A DNA stretch of 63,102 bases, filler included, from Collodictyon triciliatum (lineage: Eukaryota): the NCBI GenBank assembly GCA_043381765.1. It is 11 parts of 11 records of this genome, joined end to end, with 100 filler letters (N's around TTAATTAATTAA, not from the genome) between each part and the next. Parts side by side here need not be neighbours in the genome. Positions count along the whole stretch, not along the records: positions 58,451 to 63,102 come from JBHJMP010004992.1; 10 more parts are not named here. One strand, 5' to 3'. The position numbers and the translations under genes were made by a program. The notes below the pieces were generated by a model. That model was not told where the DNA came from, did not search any database, and saw only the letters and a program-made list of their open reading frames with translations. Positions 58,596 to 63,102 of the stretch are shown here, in pieces. Each line of letters opens with the position of its first letter. Within the stretch, counting starts at the first letter, position 1.

Positions 58596-61500
58596 GGATG
58601 GTACATGAGGATGTGGAAGCGCAGATGGTTCCGACTCTTGGGACACACGCTATACTACTACCAAAGCTCTTCAGATGACAGCCCCAAAGGAACCATCGAA
58701 CTGATTGATTGCATCATCATCCCTGTATCCGTCAGTATTTCCTTCCCAGAAATTATCACTCTGTCGCGTCCACATTGATTTCAGTTCAAAATGAAGTATA
58801 CGACGTCAATGTTAACGAGATGGTTTCGAATCCTTTCCTTCGTTCATGCACGATAATCATTCCCATATTCGATATATTTCCCCATGTTTGAATGCAGTCT
58901 GTCGACTTGAATACCGATGACGGGACCACTGCATCTTTTTGCTTTGAAATATGTGCATCTTTCTCTACCGAGACGCAGACAAGAAAGTCGTACATGTTGC
59001 GGTGTTCGTCCAGCTCGGACATGATTGACTGGATGATGACCATTCGAGAAGCTGTTGTTGTCAAGGTACCATCCAGGCCCTTTTCAACTTTCCATTTCCA
59101 TATATTTGTGCTTTATGTATTAATTTATGTATTTATCCTTAAAACAATGAGTTTTGTGACTTGTGACAGAAACCAAGATGTTACTTACCCTTATCTTAAC
59201 TATTGAAGAGGATTATATATCGGCAATGTCTCATTATTTTAATTTACTATATCTGTCGTTTGAAATCTTTTTTTTTTTTTAATAAAAAAAATGAAGGCCA
59301 GTACCATGCTTCGGCACTCTTTGGCTCCTCCGGAGCTACTGGGCGGATTGCTTGTTACCGTCCGTTCCGGCCGCTTTTTCCCCACAGACTGCGGCTTTAA
59401 TTTATCTCTCTCATTGGAAAATGAATTCTCACGTCAGCAGAAAATCACAAATTACCGGTCCAATGGGCCGGCACCAGATTGGAATGAGCACTTTACGTTT
59501 GTTGTCTGGTGTCTTGACTCCTTGCTCAACATTCGCCTAGCTGTCAGAAAGCGGTATATTCTATGTTATAGCAATTATGATGAATTCTTAGGTATCATCA
59601 TGACAATTCTTTCCTTCCCAGAAAAAAAGGGATATAATACGAGTATTTATGGAGATTAATAGCTGCTTTCACTTATATAATTGTTTATTTTAATTTTTTT
59701 CTTTCTCGCTTTGTTATTCTCGCTTTTCCTTTTCCTCGTCGCAAGGGCACTGCGCACACTATACCTCAGCGCTTCGACCCAAGTCTCTCTTGGACACAGC
59801 ATCTCACTCAAGTCTCTCGCAGAGGGAAACCGCCAAGTAGATGGTTGGTTCGAATTAACAAAGCAGCACCTTGATGGAGAGGAAGAGCATAGAACAACTG
59901 CAGCCAGCCGCCTAGACGTACGAAAATCGTCCTATTACGATCTGGAGCCATCCACAACCAGAGTGAACATGTCTATTGAGTTCCATGAAATACAAACAAT
60001 TGTACAGAGGGTTCTGGACAAGTAATTTATCATAGTTTTTTTTCTTTTTTTTTTTTGCCTCTCGCATTATCTTCATGTTGCAATCCTATAAGATCGCATT
60101 AGATGCCAAGAGTCTGCTTCTTTTTTTAACCACTGACTTCAATTTTGACTTTTAGAAAGGACAAAGCTGGATACACTAAATATATTTCCTTTTTTAATTT
60201 CTTTATTATTATCAATTTGAAATCGGCCTGTTGGGTAGTTATCAAACCCTAAAATCATTGATTATGTCAAACAAGTATGCCCTCGCACTCTTGTTGAGTC
60301 ACTCGATGATGTCCAAAAACGACGAGGTAGTATGCATTTTTCCAATCGCCCGGCCATACCAGATATTGAGAAAAACCATCCACAATATACAGTATTTTTC
60401 TTCTCGTTTGTCGAGCTCAATACAAAATATCGTTTCTCTTCTAAGATACTTTGGAATTCAGATTATTTATGCAGTCACAAGGATTTATCTATACGAGCGG
60501 AAATCATTATCGCTCATATCTTGGTTCCTTCATATCGAGCTTGAAAAGGCCAGCGACACAACAACGCTCTTTCGTGGAGACAGTATATTGACAAAACTCG
60601 TCTCCACCTATTGGTACGTGTAGAACAAATCTACTCACTTCGTTTATGACGAAAACATGAATTTTATCCATCTGTATCCCTCTCATCCTCGCCTATTTCT
60701 TTTTGTTTTGTTTTGTTCAAGAAAATAATACCCTGCAACCTTCAAATGTTAATCTCAAAATCAGACATTTATTTTTTCTTTCAATTTTTCCGTAGTCGTT
60801 ATTTGGGTTCTATGTACAGACGGAAAGTCCTGTGCGAGGTTTTATCGCACGTCTGCAAAGATAATACGTGCTATGAGATTGACGAGTCCCGAATGACTGA
60901 CTTGACTCTGATTGAAAAAAATGTTCAGATGCTGACGACAATATGCACAGACATTTTGGAATCTGTTTTATCAAAAGTAAGGCCAATGAAACCTTGCATT
61001 TGTGCATATGATTGAATCCGCTCGGATGCTCATTCATGTAGCACATTTGTTACCCTCGTATGGTATCTCCATGTATAGATATGTGTCCTTATATGAAACC
61101 CGTGTGTACTGTCAAATGTTTTGATTTCTTTGCAATTTACTATAGCAAAATGAGATGCCAGACGGAATTCAAATCATACTTCGTACTGTCCATGTTGCTG
61201 TTGCAACACGCTTCCCGGGATACTCTACATACAAAGCTCTATCTTCATTTTTCTTTCTGCGCTTCCTTTGCCCCTCGATTGTCGGCCCAAACTTGCTTTT
61301 TGTATGATGTTTATTCTCTTTTGTGCCATTATTTAGTACATAATTTTATTGTATCAAAAACATGTTTTTGTGTATGGAATTTTTTCTCCAGTTTATAGAG
61401 ATGAATAACAAACACTATTTTACCTTAACCTTCCCCAAAGGTAGAAGTAAGAGGGTGACTTAATTTACCAATCTATTCGAGGCAGGGACGCATACTAAGC

Positions 61501-62498
61501 AAAATCACAATTTTTTTGTCTTCAGGAAGATTCGCCAGTCGACAGTCCAGAAGAATTCAAGAAGGTCTCACCCAACACACGACGCACTTTGATTCTTGTT
61601 GGAAAGGTATTTCTTTTCTCTCAATCCCAGCGGTAGAAATAAGCAATATTATGCTGGTGCGCAAACACATCAAAAACAACAACTGATATTTGTGATTGCT
61701 ATGAAGATTTAACACGTTGAGATGTTTGGGATATTTATTATTTTGTGATATCTATCAACCATGCAGATTCTTCAAAGCCTCGTGAACGAAGCCGAGATAG
61801 GGCAGAAGGAGGCGTTTATGCTGCACTTTGACCACCTCATCGAGCACTATCGCGCAGAGCTACGCAGGTTTTATGACGCAATTGTATTCCCTAGAGAATC
61901 CCTCGAGGTCGAGTACGGGTCAACCCCCAACAGGCGAGGAGCCATCCGGAAATCGCAGGATTGGATGGATTCCTGGAACTACGAGGCAATTCGCTCCACA
62001 ATGTCGCACTACTCCGACCTGAAGGGAGTCTTTGATTTCCACCACCACATGAAGAAAAGCGACGTTTACAAAGATGCACACTTTGTCACAAACCGCACGG
62101 TGGCATACGACCTTGTTTCCATCCACCGTTTCTTGCTTGACTGCCCTTTCCCTCGAATCACCGGGTCCAGACTTTCAGTCTACGAGGCTTTTGGGACGGA
62201 GGAGTCGGAAAAGATGAAGATTCAAGGGGAGCAGATGTGGGCGCAGGTTCTCGTCCAGCTAAGGGAGGCGTTGATGGAGGAGGCTGTGCAGTTGTCGCGA
62301 ATCAACTTCAGATTGGATTCCAAGGGTGACCATCCTGTCTTAGAGCACTCCGCACCTGGCAGCTCCTCCCGCTTGCACATCCCGTCTCCAAGTCTCGCAC
62401 AACTGCAACTGCTCGTTTTTTCCATCAGACTCATATCGCCTTCAGATCCGTTGTCGATTTCACCACGCCTTTCGCTGTCGGATTATCGGACGGCTTAG
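58596..62498 (+). CDS. PH-C2-RasGAP protein, multi-exon, 5' truncated
   Basis: PH domain (WKRRWFRL...PKGTIEL...DWMMTIR), C2 domain (PDWNEHFTF, DGWFEL), arginine finger TLFRGDS, FLRFLCPSIVGP and RRTLILVGKILQSLVN. Confidence 0.9.
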
Positions 62499-63002
62499 CT
62501 ATGGCGGATCTTCCTGTCTTTCGATGCCATTTTCTTTTCTTTTCTCTTTTTTTTTTCTATTCAATCATTCTCTTGACATTTTTTTCTTTAATTTTTTTCT
62601 TACGTTTTATCGCATCTGCGTGTTTTTCCCATGGAAAATTGTTCGCTTGTTTGCTTTGAGTGTGTTTCTAATATGTACATCACGAGGCGATCTATTCAGC
62701 TCCCTATTGTTTTGCGTAGGAAAGTGAAATAAATACCAGTTCGTATGCTTTCTGGCCTGTCAATTCCGCCAATCTTTTCTACTTCTCCAAACACCATGCA
62801 AAGTTGTGCACCGAGGATGTCTTTGAGAAAAGAGCAAAAAAAAAAAAAAAACAGTAGATTTGGTTACTCATACCAAATAAGAAATCCTATTTTGGATTTA
62901 TTCTCGGAAACTTTTGTCGCTTCACGCACTAAAAGATGAATCACATTCCCAAGCCCAAGCAGATCGAAAAAAAAAACAAAAAACAAAAAAGAAAAACAAA
63001 AA

Positions 63003-63102
63003 ACAAAAAACATAAAAACATAAAAACATAAAAACATAAAAACATAAAAACATAAAAACATAAAAACATAAAAACATAAAAACATAAAAACATAAAAACA
63101 TA
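63003..63102. repeat. (AAAAACAT)n repeat
   Basis: Read directly. Confidence 0.95.

Overview
This is intron-rich eukaryotic (protist-like) DNA, not a contiguous locus. Eleven unrelated scaffolds are joined by ten artificial 100-bp linkers (44 N, TTAATTAATTAA, 44 N); the nine complete ones are all 5737-5760 bp, so the window is a size-sorted concatenation and adjacency across linkers is meaningless. Genes reconstructed by hand, mostly partial: a secreted WD40 plus Cys-rich stalk protein, an Erf4/GOLGA7-like protein, a short glucosidase II beta-like protein, an EPG5-like last exon, a TBC RabGAP, NDOR1, an orphan multi-pass membrane protein, PP2A B56, an SDR reductase ending in PTS1, a nucleotide-sugar transporter, a TPR-pentapeptide-WD40 protein, a DENN protein, an LRR-PP2C, an LRR/Cys-rich/multi-TM receptor, an alpha-arrestin and a PH-C2-RasGAP. 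There is also tRNA-Thr(CGU) and two decayed LINE fragments. Two signals stand out. (1) Three 19-37 bp intronic insertions, on three different scaffolds, match the extreme 3' end of the L1-like LINE remnant and carry target-site duplications at TT/AAAA-type sites; a fourth, unrelated 49-bp tailed insertion has its own duplication. (2) Several candidate non-self receptors are built from modular repeats: one LRR per 69-nt exon, one TPR per 126-nt exon, and a HET-E-like WD40 array with variation focused on a few positions. All gene models and family calls come from manual reading and recalled motifs; no searches were run.
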